From: an uncultured Blautia sp.
GTDB lineage: Bacteria > Bacillota > Clostridia > Lachnospirales > Lachnospiraceae
Assembly: GCA_900549015.1 (NCBI GenBank)
Contig: URMH01000001.1
Location: 87,775 to 151,774 of the forward strand
Reading direction: 5' to 3'
DNA: 64,000 bases
Every line of letters starts with the position of its first letter. The first letter of the stretch is position 1. Positions 9,034 through 18,524 of the stretch are shown here, in pieces. Under the pieces are notes generated by a model. That model ran no database searches. It worked only from the letters and a program-made list of their open reading frames with translations, and had not been told where the DNA came from. Both the position numbers and the translations under genes were made by a program.

Positions 9034-9238
9034 ATGCGGGCAACAGTACGGCACCAGACCAGCAGTGTCGAGAAAGGATAGGAAAACAGAAATATGTCCT
9101 GACTGTGGAACAAAGCAGGCACTTGACACTGTGAGGGATTTGTTGGGACCGGAAATGACCGATCAGCAATGGGAAGGATATAAAAGCGGATTTTTAAAAA
9201 GGTCGAGGGAGGGACAGCATGGACAGAACACTTTATAA
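9008..9238 (+). CDS. zinc-ribbon protein
   Basis: CPECG...CPDCG; RBS GGAGGTGGGG. Confidence 0.35.
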   Translation: MAIRKICPECGQQYGTRPAVSRKDRKTEICPDCGTKQALDTVRDLLGPEMTDQQWEGYKSGFLKRSREGQHGQNTL

Positions 9239-9449
9239 TGCCAGCGGGTGTAAGGATAAGACCGCTCATGATGCGATTTGTTCTGCATCAAAACCGCAGA
9301 CACAGGTTTTCAGATCTGACTGGACGCGGAGAGACAACGAGGCAGATATGTTCGTAAAGATGGTGAAACGTCTGGCAAAAGGATTTAATTTTAAACTTTG
9401 CGACAGAATTCGATTTGAGGATCCGGAAACAGGAAAGAAATATTTGTGA
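9219..9449 (+). CDS. hypothetical protein
   Basis: RBS GAGGGAGGG before ATG. Confidence 0.35.
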   Translation: MDRTLYNASGCKDKTAHDAICSASKPQTQVFRSDWTRRDNEADMFVKMVKRLAKGFNFKLCDRIRFEDPETGKKYL

Positions 9450-9457
9450 GGTATGGC

Positions 9458-10030
9458 ATGGACACAGAGAAAAAAGTACAATTCGTAGCACTGACAAAAG
9501 AGGAAATTGATGCAATGATTCAGCAGGCTGCCCTTGCCGGCGCACAGGTTGCGTCTGATGCAATGATGGTAGGGCAGAGAAAAAGCGAGAAGGAGAAGAT
9601 TGATCGTCGTTTGCATAATACTGATTTACTCCTTAGAAATTACAGAACTTTAAAGGCGAGCTACGAAAATGCCGTCTACAAGTCCAAGGAAGGGGAGGTT
9701 ACAGAGGTGCTGGAAGACATCATGACCATGAAAGATGATAAGGTCATAGTGGAGAGCATCAAAACTTCGGCCAAAAGAACCGCTATCATGGTACAGCATA
9801 TTGACAAAATGCTTGATGTATACCGTATCTATTGTAGCAAATTATCGGAAAAAGATAAGAGACGCTATAAGATTATTAAAGCCCTTTACATATCAAAGAC
9901 GCCAATGACAATTGCAGAAATTTCAAAAAAATTTTCGGTCAGCAAGGTCACTGTTTACGAAGATATCAAAATTGCGAAAGAGCGCTTATCTTCGCTGTTT
10001 TTCGGAATTGATGGTCTGAAGTTTTTTTAA
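9458..10030 (+). CDS. sigma-70 region-4-like phage late transcriptional regulator (ArpU/RinA-like)
   Basis: C-terminal HTH RRYKIIKALYISKTPMTIAEISKKFSVSKVTVYEDIKIAKERL resembles sigma region 4; last gene of the early block, terminator follows. Confidence 0.45.
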   Translation: MDTEKKVQFVALTKEEIDAMIQQAALAGAQVASDAMMVGQRKSEKEKIDRRLHNTDLLLRNYRTLKASYENAVYKSKEGEVTEVLEDIMTMKDDKVIVESIKTSAKRTAIMVQHIDKMLDVYRIYCSKLSEKDKRRYKIIKALYISKTPMTIAEISKKFSVSKVTVYEDIKIAKERLSSLFFGIDGLKFF

Positions 10031-10064
10031 TAAAATCAGAATAACGGAATCTGTTAACTTAACA

Positions 10065-10093
10065 TTGACTTAATAACGAAAATGGTGTATGAT
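10065..10093 (+). promoter_or_regulatory. near-consensus sigma-70-type promoter, TTGACT-17-TATGAT
   Basis: Hexamers at 10065-10070 and 10088-10093 with exact 17-nt spacing. Confidence 0.5.
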
Positions 10094-10123
10094 ATGCGAG
10101 TAAAATTTTAATCAAAAGCCATG

Positions 10124-10153
10124 AGCCACTGGGAAAAAACCAGTGGCTTTTTT
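10124..10153 (+). terminator. intrinsic terminator hairpin (9-bp stem AGCCACTGG/CCAGTGGCT, 7-nt loop, T-run)
   Basis: Perfect stem followed by TTTTT. Confidence 0.6.
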
Positions 10154-10227
10154 AATGCAATCTTGGGAGGGAGGAAAGGATAGAAAGACGGGAATGCTCC
10201 TTTAAAATATTTTAGAGGAGATTACGC

Positions 10228-11607
10228 ATGAATGGAGTAACAATATTATTTGTATATGCAGTTATCATGATCCTGGCAACAGTGATCCTGACAAAGAAAG
10301 AAAAAAATGTGGAACGCTTCTGTGTTGGAAGCCGTTCTGAAAACTGGCTGATGTCGGCTCTCAGCATTGCGGCAACGTGGATCTGGGCTCCGGCATTATT
10401 TGTATCAACTGAGAAAGCATATTCTACCGGCTGGGTTGGCCTGTTCTGGTTTCTGGTCCCGAATGCCCTTTGTCTGGTGATATTCATTCCCTTTGCAAAG
10501 AAAATCCGGAAGGAAATGCCAGAGGGAATGACACTGTCTGGTTACATGAAAGAAAAATACCAATCCGATGGAGTGAAAAGGGTTTACCTGTTTCAGCTGA
10601 TCGGACTGTCTGTTCTGTCAACAGGAGTTCAGCTTCTTGCGGGAAGCCAGATCCTTAGTACAGTAACAGGAATTTCGTTCAAAACCATGACTATTTTGCT
10701 CGCTTGTATAGCAATTTCCTATTCTCTGTTCTCTGGAATTAAAGCATCTATGCTTACAGATGCTATTCAAATGGTATTCATGCTTGTTGCATGTAGCCTA
10801 TTTGTAATATTCGGAGTAAGAAATACAGGAACACAGGGCATTATACAGGGCCTGAGTGGTATATCAGGAGACTGTACAACGCTCTTTTCTGGAAAAGGAG
10901 TAGAGATTTTCTTAGCCTTTGGGCTTCCGACAACGATAGGACTTTTATCCGGGCCGTTTGGAGATCAGAGCTTCTGGCAGAGGGCATTTGCAGTAAAAAA
11001 AGAGAAGCTGGGAAGAGCGTTTCTTCTTGGAGCAGTTCTTTTTGCGGTGGTTCCACTGTCAATGGGAATTCTTGGATTTATGGGAGCCGGTGCAGGATAT
11101 CAGGCACAGAACCTTGGAATCATCAATTTTGAATTGATCCGCCACTTTTTCCCGTCCTGGGCAGTATTGCCGTTCCTTTTCATGATTGTTTCCGGTTTGC
11201 TGTCTACAGTGGATAGCAACTTGTGCGCAGTATCTTCGCTTACGACAGATATTGCAGGAGGAAAAGACATCAGGAAGACCAGAGCTGCAATGGCAGTGCT
11301 TCTGATCGCTGGCATTCTGATTGCAAATATCCCGGGAATTACAGTGACACATCTGTTTTTGTTCTATGGCACACTGAGGGCGTCAACATTACTTCCAACA
11401 GTCATGACACTGAAAGGGGTAAGACTGAATGCAAAAGGGATTATCACAGGTGTGGTTGCTGCACTGGCTGTAGGGCTTCCTGTATTCGCCTACGGCAGCG
11501 TTTTGAATAGTGGACCATATAAAACACTGGGAAGCTTGCTGACAGTCCTGTTGAGCGGACTTATCGCCTTGGCTGCTTCCGGAAAGGAGAGACACTATGC
11601 TCGGTAG
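10228..11607 (+). CDS. sodium:solute symporter (SSS) family transporter
   Basis: 459 aa with ~12-13 hydrophobic helices; SSS-like segment GIKASMLTDAIQMVFML; RBS GAGGAG; its stop overlaps the start of the next gene. Confidence 0.5.
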   Translation: MNGVTILFVYAVIMILATVILTKKEKNVERFCVGSRSENWLMSALSIAATWIWAPALFVSTEKAYSTGWVGLFWFLVPNALCLVIFIPFAKKIRKEMPEGMTLSGYMKEKYQSDGVKRVYLFQLIGLSVLSTGVQLLAGSQILSTVTGISFKTMTILLACIAISYSLFSGIKASMLTDAIQMVFMLVACSLFVIFGVRNTGTQGIIQGLSGISGDCTTLFSGKGVEIFLAFGLPTTIGLLSGPFGDQSFWQRAFAVKKEKLGRAFLLGAVLFAVVPLSMGILGFMGAGAGYQAQNLGIINFELIRHFFPSWAVLPFLFMIVSGLLSTVDSNLCAVSSLTTDIAGGKDIRKTRAAMAVLLIAGILIANIPGITVTHLFLFYGTLRASTLLPTVMTLKGVRLNAKGIITGVVAALAVGLPVFAYGSVLNSGPYKTLGSLLTVLLSGLIALAASGKERHYAR

Positions 11608-12373
11608 AAAACAATCCGTTCGAAATAATGAAGACTGGAAGAATGCGCTTGATCACATTGAAGAGACGGTGCCAAAGAAAGAACTGGATTCCCTTGTGAA
11701 AAAGACAGTGAAAGACATCAAAGAGAAATGCAAGGGGAAAAAGGCAGCCTATGCATGGAGTGCGGGAAAAGACTCACTGGTACTTGGAGAGATATGCGAG
11801 AAAGCCGGCATTGATCAGAGCGTCCTTGTAAGGTGTAATCTGGAATATCCGGCATTTATTGCATGGATAGAGCAGAATAAACCTTCTGGCCTTGAGATTA
11901 TCAATACCGGACAGGACATGGAATGGCTGAAAAAGCATCCGGATATGTTATTTCCGGATAAAAGCAATAAGGCAGCGCAGTGGTTCCATATCGTACAGCA
12001 CAGGGGACAGGCGCGATATTATAAAGAACATCAGCTGGAAATACTCCTGCTCGGACGCAGAAAGGCAGACGGCAATTATGTTGGAAAAGATAATATCTAC
12101 ACTAATTCAGCCGGAATCACCAGATACAGCCCTCTTGCAGAGTGGAGGCACGAAGATATCCTTGCATACATTCACTATTATGATGTGAAGCTCCCGCCTA
12201 TATATGACTGGGAGAAGGGATATTTATGCGGTACACATCCATGGCCTGCCAGACAGTACATGGAGACAGAACAGCAGGGTTGGAAAGAAGTTTACGACAT
12301 TGATAAGACCATAGTTGAAAATGCGGCACAGCATTTCGAGGGAGCCAGAGATTTTTTAAAAGCTATCAAATAG
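11597..12373 (+). CDS. PAPS-reductase-like PP-loop protein (DndC/IbrA-like), copy 1
   Basis: PP-loop AYAWSAGKDSLVL; start overlaps the transporter stop (ATGCTCGGTAG). Confidence 0.55.
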   Translation: MLGRKQSVRNNEDWKNALDHIEETVPKKELDSLVKKTVKDIKEKCKGKKAAYAWSAGKDSLVLGEICEKAGIDQSVLVRCNLEYPAFIAWIEQNKPSGLEIINTGQDMEWLKKHPDMLFPDKSNKAAQWFHIVQHRGQARYYKEHQLEILLLGRRKADGNYVGKDNIYTNSAGITRYSPLAEWRHEDILAYIHYYDVKLPPIYDWEKGYLCGTHPWPARQYMETEQQGWKEVYDIDKTIVENAAQHFEGARDFLKAIK

Positions 12374-12418
12374 CCGGTTGCAGCCGGAGGCCATTGCCCT
12401 TCAGAAATGGAGGACAAA

Positions 12419-13072
12419 ATGAAGGTTATTAAAAAGAGACTGGATGATCTTAAACATCCAGAGAAAAATGTCAGAATTCATTCTGAACAGCAGATCAGGG
12501 AACTGAAACGCTCCCTTGAGAAGTTTGGACAGACCAGAGCCCTTGTTGTGGATGAAAATAATGTGATTCTGATCGGGAACGGCTTATATGAGGCTATGGT
12601 GAGCCTTGGTTATCAGGAGGCATCCGTATATGTAAAAACGGAACTTTCTGAAAATGATAAAAAGAAGCTTATGATAGCCGACAATAAGACTTATGCTCTT
12701 GGAATTGATAATCTGGATACACTGAATGAGTTTCTTGAGGAATTGCAGGGCGATCTGGACATTCCGGGATACGATGAAGAAATATTACAGCAGATGGTCG
12801 CGGATGCAGACGAAGTAACTGAGAAAATCTCTGAATATGGAACATTGGACGAATCAGAGATCCAGAAGATAAAGGAAGCCAATGAGAAACGGGAGCAGAA
12901 AGCGGCAGCAGCGGAAATATCTGACAATAATTCAGAGAACAGTTCGGAAAATCCGAACACTTCAGACAACCAATCGTCGGAAAGGCAGAATACCACTGAA
13001 ACAGAACCGGAAATAACAGAAACCCGGAAGTTTGTTATCTGCCCGAACTGCGGTGAAAAGATATGGCTGTAA
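12419..13072 (+). CDS. ParB-like nuclease-domain protein, copy 1
   Basis: N-terminus HPEKNVRIHSEQQIRELKRSLEKFGQTRALVV..VILIGNGLYEAMVSLG matches the ParB N-terminal domain pattern; acidic Ser/Asn-rich low-complexity tail plus C-terminal CPNCG. Confidence 0.5.
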   Translation: MKVIKKRLDDLKHPEKNVRIHSEQQIRELKRSLEKFGQTRALVVDENNVILIGNGLYEAMVSLGYQEASVYVKTELSENDKKKLMIADNKTYALGIDNLDTLNEFLEELQGDLDIPGYDEEILQQMVADADEVTEKISEYGTLDESEIQKIKEANEKREQKAAAAEISDNNSENSSENPNTSDNQSSERQNTTETEPEITETRKFVICPNCGEKIWL

Positions 13073-14208
13073 AACGTTGTGAAGCCAATATCGATGTTGT
13101 GAAAGCTGCAGAGATCCGGATAAAAAACGTGTTCGGAAACGGGCTACCAGTGTTCTTTTCTTTCAGTGGGGGAAAGGACAGCTTATGCGTGGCGCAGCTG
13201 ATGGTCAATCTGGCCAATCGAGGTGAGATTGACATGAAACAACTTACAGTGCAGTTTATAGATGAAGAAGCAATCTTTCCTTGCATGGAGGATATGACAA
13301 AGAAGTGGCGGCGCATCTTTATGATGATGGGAGCAAAGTTTGAATGGTATTGCGTAGAAGTAAAACATTTTAACTGCTTCAATGAACTGTCAAATGATGA
13401 AACATTTATCTGCTGGGATTCCGCAAAACAAGACGTATGGGTAAGACAGCCGCCTTCCTTTGCGATAAGGAACCATAAACTGTTACGTCCAAGGATTGAT
13501 GCTTATCAGGATTTCCTGCCAAGGACAACCGTATCAGGAATTACAATGGTCGGTATCCGTACAGCGGAATCTGTACAGAGGCTTCAGAATATTGCGTCTA
13601 TGACAAAAGCAGGAAACAAAATGACTGCAAAGAAGCAGGTATTTCCCATTTATGATTGGACGGACAATGATGTCTGGCTCTTCCTTCTGAGAAATCATGT
13701 AGATATCCCGGAGATATATTTGTTCCTCTGGCAGTCAGGATCCAGTAAAAGGCAGATGCGAGTATCCCAGTTCTTTTCTGTTGATACAGCAAGAAGCCTT
13801 GTGAAGATGAATGAGTATTATCCAGATCTTATGGAACGGATCATCAGAAGAGAACCGAACGCTTATCTGGCTGCCCTGTATTGGGACAGCGAGATGTTCG
13901 GCAGAAGTTCCAGAAAAAGGAAAGAGGCGGAAGAGGGACAGGAGCAGAGAGATTATCGGCAGGAGCTGATACATCTTTTTAATCACATGGACGTTTTTTT
14001 CGACACTCCGCATAAAAGGCATGTGGCAGAACGATACCGTAATTTCTTTATGGCGGTATCAGCAATAGCTACATCGGCCGATTGCAAGCACATATACGAA
14101 GGACTGATATCCGGAGATCCCAAAATGAGGGCATTCCGGGCACTGTACCAGAGAGTATATGGACGTTATATCAACGATGCGAAGAAAGGAGAACACCATG
14201 GACAATAA
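13063..14208 (+). CDS. PAPS-reductase-like PP-loop protein (IbrA-like, with C-terminal extension), copy 2
   Basis: PP-loop VFFSFSGGKDSLCVAQLM; 381 aa; ATG overlaps the upstream gene end. Confidence 0.55.
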   Translation: MAVKRCEANIDVVKAAEIRIKNVFGNGLPVFFSFSGGKDSLCVAQLMVNLANRGEIDMKQLTVQFIDEEAIFPCMEDMTKKWRRIFMMMGAKFEWYCVEVKHFNCFNELSNDETFICWDSAKQDVWVRQPPSFAIRNHKLLRPRIDAYQDFLPRTTVSGITMVGIRTAESVQRLQNIASMTKAGNKMTAKKQVFPIYDWTDNDVWLFLLRNHVDIPEIYLFLWQSGSSKRQMRVSQFFSVDTARSLVKMNEYYPDLMERIIRREPNAYLAALYWDSEMFGRSSRKRKEAEEGQEQRDYRQELIHLFNHMDVFFDTPHKRHVAERYRNFFMAVSAIATSADCKHIYEGLISGDPKMRAFRALYQRVYGRYINDAKKGEHHGQ

Positions 14209-14758
14209 GCTGTCAGCACCATCTAGGACCATGCATTGGGTAGATAGGAATAAGATCAAACCAAATGATTACAACCCGAACAAAGTTTCGAGACAAAATC
14301 TGGAACTGCTCACACAGTCTATATTTACAAACGGATGGACGCTGCCAATTGTGGTAAGACCAGACGGTACTATTATTGATGGATTCCACAGATGGACGGT
14401 TGCAGGACCTGACTGGAAGTACGTTCCTCCTTCGGAAGAAGATGATCGCAGGACATTATACGAACGTCTTGAGGGAAAAGTGCTTGTAGTGATTGTTGAT
14501 CATAAAGATAAAGCGAAAAATATTTACGGTACCGTTACCCATAATAGGGCAAGAGGTACCCATTTGCTCGAACCTATGAAGAAAATCGTTAAAGAACTCA
14601 TGGACGAAGGCAAAACAGTTGAAGAAATCGGAAAACAGCTTGGAATGAGACCGGAGGAGATCTTCCGATTGTCAGATTTTTCAAAAGAAGACTTCTTGAA
14701 GATGATGACAAAAGGGGTGACGGGCTATTCAAAAGCTGAATTTATTACAAAAATTTAA
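14198..14758 (+). CDS. ParB-like nuclease-domain protein (IbrB/DndB-like, DGxHR motif), copy 2
   Basis: IKPNDYNPNKVSRQNLELLTQSIFTNGWTLPIVVRPDGTIIDGFHRW; RBS AAAGGAG before ATG 14198. Confidence 0.55.
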   Translation: MDNKLSAPSRTMHWVDRNKIKPNDYNPNKVSRQNLELLTQSIFTNGWTLPIVVRPDGTIIDGFHRWTVAGPDWKYVPPSEEDDRRTLYERLEGKVLVVIVDHKDKAKNIYGTVTHNRARGTHLLEPMKKIVKELMDEGKTVEEIGKQLGMRPEEIFRLSDFSKEDFLKMMTKGVTGYSKAEFITKI

Positions 14759-14789
14759 TATTGTTCTACGACATATAGAACAGAAAGCG

Positions 14790-14817
14790 GGGAGAGGGAG
14801 TGCAACCTCTCCCTTTT
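14790..14817 (+). terminator. intrinsic terminator (GGGAGAGG / CCTCTCCC stem, TTTTG)
   Basis: 8-bp perfect stem with 8-nt loop, then T-run; sits between the ParB-like gene and terS. Confidence 0.55.
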
Positions 14818-14857
14818 GCATATGCCGAAATAAGATGATGGAGGGGAGGGGTGTCCA

Positions 14858-15658
14858 TTGGCAAGGGCAAGAAGTCCCAACAGCATTGAAGCTGAGGAAA
14901 TGTATAAGAACGGGATGAAACTTGTTGACATTGCCAAGAAGTTGGACGTCCCGGCCAGCACAGTTCGGCGGTGGAAATCAACACAGAATTGGGACGGAAA
15001 GACAAAAGGAAAGAAAAACGAACGTTCGCAAAAGAAAAAAGCGAACGCTCGCCATAAAGGTGGACAGCCTGGGAACAGAAATGCAGTTGGAAATAAGGGC
15101 GGTCCACTGAAACCGGGAGATAAGATTGCAGAGAAACACGGAGCATATTCCTCTGTATATTGGGATGTCCTTGATGAGTCTGAAAAAGATATGATCGAAG
15201 ATATCCCGATGGATGAAGAAATGCTTCTGATCGAACAGATTCAGCTCTTTGCTGTGAGGGAAAGAAGGATCATGATTGCAATCAATAAATACCGGAACAT
15301 GAAAGGTGAAGTATCCCTGTATGGATTTAACCGAAGCGAAAGCAAAAGGACATTCAAAACAGAAGAGGACAAGCAGCTCTATGAAGAACGCATAGAGAAG
15401 AAAATATCTGCTGAAGAACGTCTGCCGGGAGATATGTATAACATGCAAACCACGATGGAAAACAAGGACAATATGATCGCCAGACTTGAAAAAGAGCTGT
15501 CAACTGTACAGTCAAAGAAGACCAAGGCTATTGAAGCACTTGCGAAGCTGAGACTTGAAAAGCAGAAGATTGCCGGAGAAAGCAAGGGCAATGAGGTTGT
15601 TCGTGCATGGGCCGAAGCTGTGGTAAAAGCAAGGGAGGGAGAGAATAAAGATGGATGA
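14858..15658 (+). CDS. terS: terminase small subunit (HTH-containing)
   Basis: N-terminal HTH MYKNGMKLVDIAKKLDVPASTVRRWKS; basic and coiled-coil rest; lies immediately upstream of terL with overlap; TTG start after GGAGGGGAGGGG. Confidence 0.65.
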   Translation: MARARSPNSIEAEEMYKNGMKLVDIAKKLDVPASTVRRWKSTQNWDGKTKGKKNERSQKKKANARHKGGQPGNRNAVGNKGGPLKPGDKIAEKHGAYSSVYWDVLDESEKDMIEDIPMDEEMLLIEQIQLFAVRERRIMIAINKYRNMKGEVSLYGFNRSESKRTFKTEEDKQLYEERIEKKISAEERLPGDMYNMQTTMENKDNMIARLEKELSTVQSKKTKAIEALAKLRLEKQKIAGESKGNEVVRAWAEAVVKAREGENKDG

Positions 15659-17117
15659 TATACAGTTCTCTGAATTCCTTGATGAAAGTATACCGCTGTG
15701 GCGAAATGATCCGGTAATGTTCTTCCGGGAGGTGCTCAATTTTGAACCTGATGAATGGCAGGCGGAAGCTGCAAGAGATTTGGCGGCAAACCCGAAGGTC
15801 AGTATTAAATCTGGACAGGGTGTAGGAAAGACTGGTCTTGAGGCAGCAGTATTTCTTTGGTTCATAACCTGTTTCCCATATCCAAGAATCGTTGCGACAG
15901 CACCAACCAAACAGCAGTTGCACGATGTCCTCTGGTCTGAGATTTCTAAGTGGATGAGCAAGTCTGAGTTGCTCTCTATGCTTCTGAAATGGACAAAGAC
16001 CTATGTTTATATGGTTGGCAATGAAAAGCGTTGGTTTGGTGTTGCTAGGACTGCTACAAAGCCAGAGAATATGCAAGGCTTCCATGAAGATAATATGCTT
16101 TTTATCGTTGATGAAGCTTCCGGCGTTGCGGATCCGATCATGGAGGCTATCCTTGGTACCTTATCCGGATCAAATAATAAACTTCTTCTGTGTGGAAACC
16201 CAACACGAACATCTGGAACATTCTATGATTCGCATACCAGAGACAGGGCACTGTATAAATGCCACACTGTATCATCTGCAGACAGCAGTAGAACAAACAA
16301 AGAAAATATTGATTCGCTCATAAGGAAGTATGGATGGGATTCAAACGTAGTCCGTGTCCGTGTCCGTGGAGAATTTCCGAATCAGGAAGATGATGTATTT
16401 ATTCCGTTAAGCCTGATCGAGCAGTGCAGCAATAAATTGCTAGAACTTGATGATTCAGCTGGGATGCAGTTTGTATCACTGGGGGTAGATGTGGCCCGTT
16501 TCGGAGATGATGAAACGATCATATATCGTAATTATCATGGTCATTGCAAAATAGTCCGAAACAGGCGAGGACAGAACCTGATGGCCACTGTAGGTGACAT
16601 CGTAAAGGAATTCAAAAAGATATACAGGGAGTATTCAAAGTATGAAGGCAAGGTGTATGTACAGATTGATGACACCGGTCTTGGTGGAGGTGTTACTGAC
16701 CGTCTGAAGGAAGTTCGGAAAGAACAGAAGCTGTATAAGATGCAGATTATTCCGATAAATGCAGCAGAAAAGATTGAGACCGATACGGCAGCAGGTAAAG
16801 ATGCAGCTGAAAAGTACAATAACCTGACCACCGCCATGTGGGCTAGCATGCGAGATCTTCTGGATAACAAGCAAATTGTAATTGAAGACGATGAGCAGAC
16901 GATCGGCCAGCTTTCCTCCAGAAAATATACAATGACGAGTAACGGAAAGCTTGAAATCGAATCAAAAAAAGAAATGAAGAAAAGGGGGCTGGATTCCCCC
17001 GACCGAGCAGATGCTCTTGCTTTGGCATTGTATCTCGGAAAGATCAAGAAACACACAGGCACAGCACCTGGAGTCAAAGAATTACAGGAGCTGACCAAAG
17101 ACAATTACTGGGGCTGA
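15651..17117 (+). CDS. terL: terminase large subunit
   Basis: Walker A GQGVGKTG, Walker B FIVDEASG, C-terminal nuclease-region acidic residues; 488 aa. Confidence 0.85.
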   Translation: MDDIQFSEFLDESIPLWRNDPVMFFREVLNFEPDEWQAEAARDLAANPKVSIKSGQGVGKTGLEAAVFLWFITCFPYPRIVATAPTKQQLHDVLWSEISKWMSKSELLSMLLKWTKTYVYMVGNEKRWFGVARTATKPENMQGFHEDNMLFIVDEASGVADPIMEAILGTLSGSNNKLLLCGNPTRTSGTFYDSHTRDRALYKCHTVSSADSSRTNKENIDSLIRKYGWDSNVVRVRVRGEFPNQEDDVFIPLSLIEQCSNKLLELDDSAGMQFVSLGVDVARFGDDETIIYRNYHGHCKIVRNRRGQNLMATVGDIVKEFKKIYREYSKYEGKVYVQIDDTGLGGGVTDRLKEVRKEQKLYKMQIIPINAAEKIETDTAAGKDAAEKYNNLTTAMWASMRDLLDNKQIVIEDDEQTIGQLSSRKYTMTSNGKLEIESKKEMKKRGLDSPDRADALALALYLGKIKKHTGTAPGVKELQELTKDNYWG

Positions 17118-17137
17118 TATAGCCGGAAAGAGGGGTG

Positions 17138-18520
17138 ATGAAGATGAAAGAGTATGGACGGATTGGACAGAAACGATGGGAAGGACAGTTTTATGAGGAA
17201 TTTCTTCCGGAACTGTCTGGAATGCGTGGGATAAAGGTATTTAAAGAAATGAAAGAGAATGACGATACCGTTGGAGCCATTCTTTTTGCAATTAAGATGA
17301 TGATCCGGCAGGTTGAGTGGCATGTAGAGCCGGGAGGTGACAGTGCCAAAGACAAAGAAGCTGCAGAGTTTGTTGAAAGCTGTATGGGCGACATGCAGGC
17401 CACATGGACAGATACCATTTCGGAAATCCTGTCATTCCTACCTTACGGTTGGAGTTTCCATGAGATTGTATATAAGCGCCGAATGGGTAAAACAAAGAAC
17501 CGAAGATCATCAAGCAAATACTCTGATGGATTGATAGGCTGGCAGAAACTTCCTCCGAGAGCACAGGATACCTTGTATCGCTGGGAATATGATGATAGTG
17601 ACAATCTGATTGGAATGACACAGCAACCGCCTCCGGATTATGGACTGTTTACTATACCGATGAGTAAAGCAATGCTATTCCGAACGGAGAGCGTAAAAGA
17701 CAATCCGGAAGGTCGGAGTATTTTAAGAAACGCATATCGCTCCTGGTATTTTAAACGGAGAATCCAGGAAATTGAAGCTATCGGAATTGAGCGAGATCTT
17801 GCAGGTCTGCCAGTTATTCATGCTCCTGAAGATTTGGAAATATGGGATAGTCACGATCCTGACATGGTTAAAATTAATGGAGCACTTATTGCCATGGTAA
17901 AGAACCTTCGCAGAAATGAATCTGAAGGGCTTGTTCTTCCGCATGGATACGAAGCGGAACTTCTGAGCACCGGAGGCACAAGACAATTTGACACCAATGC
18001 AATCATAAACAGATACGATACGAAGATTGCCCAGACAGTCCTTGCAGATTTTATTATGTTGGGACATGAAAAGACGGGAAGCTTCGCACTAAGCTCTGAC
18101 AAGACAGAATTGTTTTCTGTTGCGCTCGGAGCTTTTTTAGATGTTATTTGCGAGACGTTCAATAACCAGGGCATTCCTTCGTTGATAGACATCAATGGTT
18201 CCCATTTCGATGGGATTGAGGACTATCCTACACTCGCCCATGGAGATGTGGACAAACGGGATATCACGAAACTGTCAACATTCCTGAAGGATATGGTCGG
18301 CACGGGAATCTTGATACCTGATGAAGAATTGGAAGATTATGTCAGGGAGGCAGCAAACCTGCCGGAAAGAACGGAAGTTCCAGATTCCAGAGAGAAAGAT
18401 GAACGGCGAGAAGCACAGCGCAGAGCACCGGAAAAGACAGCAAACGAACCTGATGGACCAGAGGTGGATCCGGAAGAGAATCAAGATGCTGAGGAAGCCA
18501 AGAAAAGGTTAGGCAGGTGA
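17138..18520 (+). CDS. portal protein
   Basis: ~460 aa gene directly after terL and before the Mu-F-like head morphogenesis gene; acidic C-terminus; family (SPP1 gp6-like or Mu gp29-like) not resolved. Confidence 0.6.
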   Translation: MKMKEYGRIGQKRWEGQFYEEFLPELSGMRGIKVFKEMKENDDTVGAILFAIKMMIRQVEWHVEPGGDSAKDKEAAEFVESCMGDMQATWTDTISEILSFLPYGWSFHEIVYKRRMGKTKNRRSSSKYSDGLIGWQKLPPRAQDTLYRWEYDDSDNLIGMTQQPPPDYGLFTIPMSKAMLFRTESVKDNPEGRSILRNAYRSWYFKRRIQEIEAIGIERDLAGLPVIHAPEDLEIWDSHDPDMVKINGALIAMVKNLRRNESEGLVLPHGYEAELLSTGGTRQFDTNAIINRYDTKIAQTVLADFIMLGHEKTGSFALSSDKTELFSVALGAFLDVICETFNNQGIPSLIDINGSHFDGIEDYPTLAHGDVDKRDITKLSTFLKDMVGTGILIPDEELEDYVREAANLPERTEVPDSREKDERREAQRRAPEKTANEPDGPEVDPEENQDAEEAKKRLGR

Positions 18521-18524
18521 TTTG

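Noticed and set aside
10228-11607. Symporter gene as host DNA interrupting the prophage
   Set aside because: Its stop overlaps the start of the next PP-loop gene, it is co-directional with the phage operons, and it is flanked on both sides by phage genes. It is therefore treated as part of the phage-borne operon.
14978-15961. Minus-strand ORFs overlapping terS/terL (14978..15448, 15512..15961, 15528..16085)
   Set aside because: They are antisense to motif-supported terminase genes and have no RBS.
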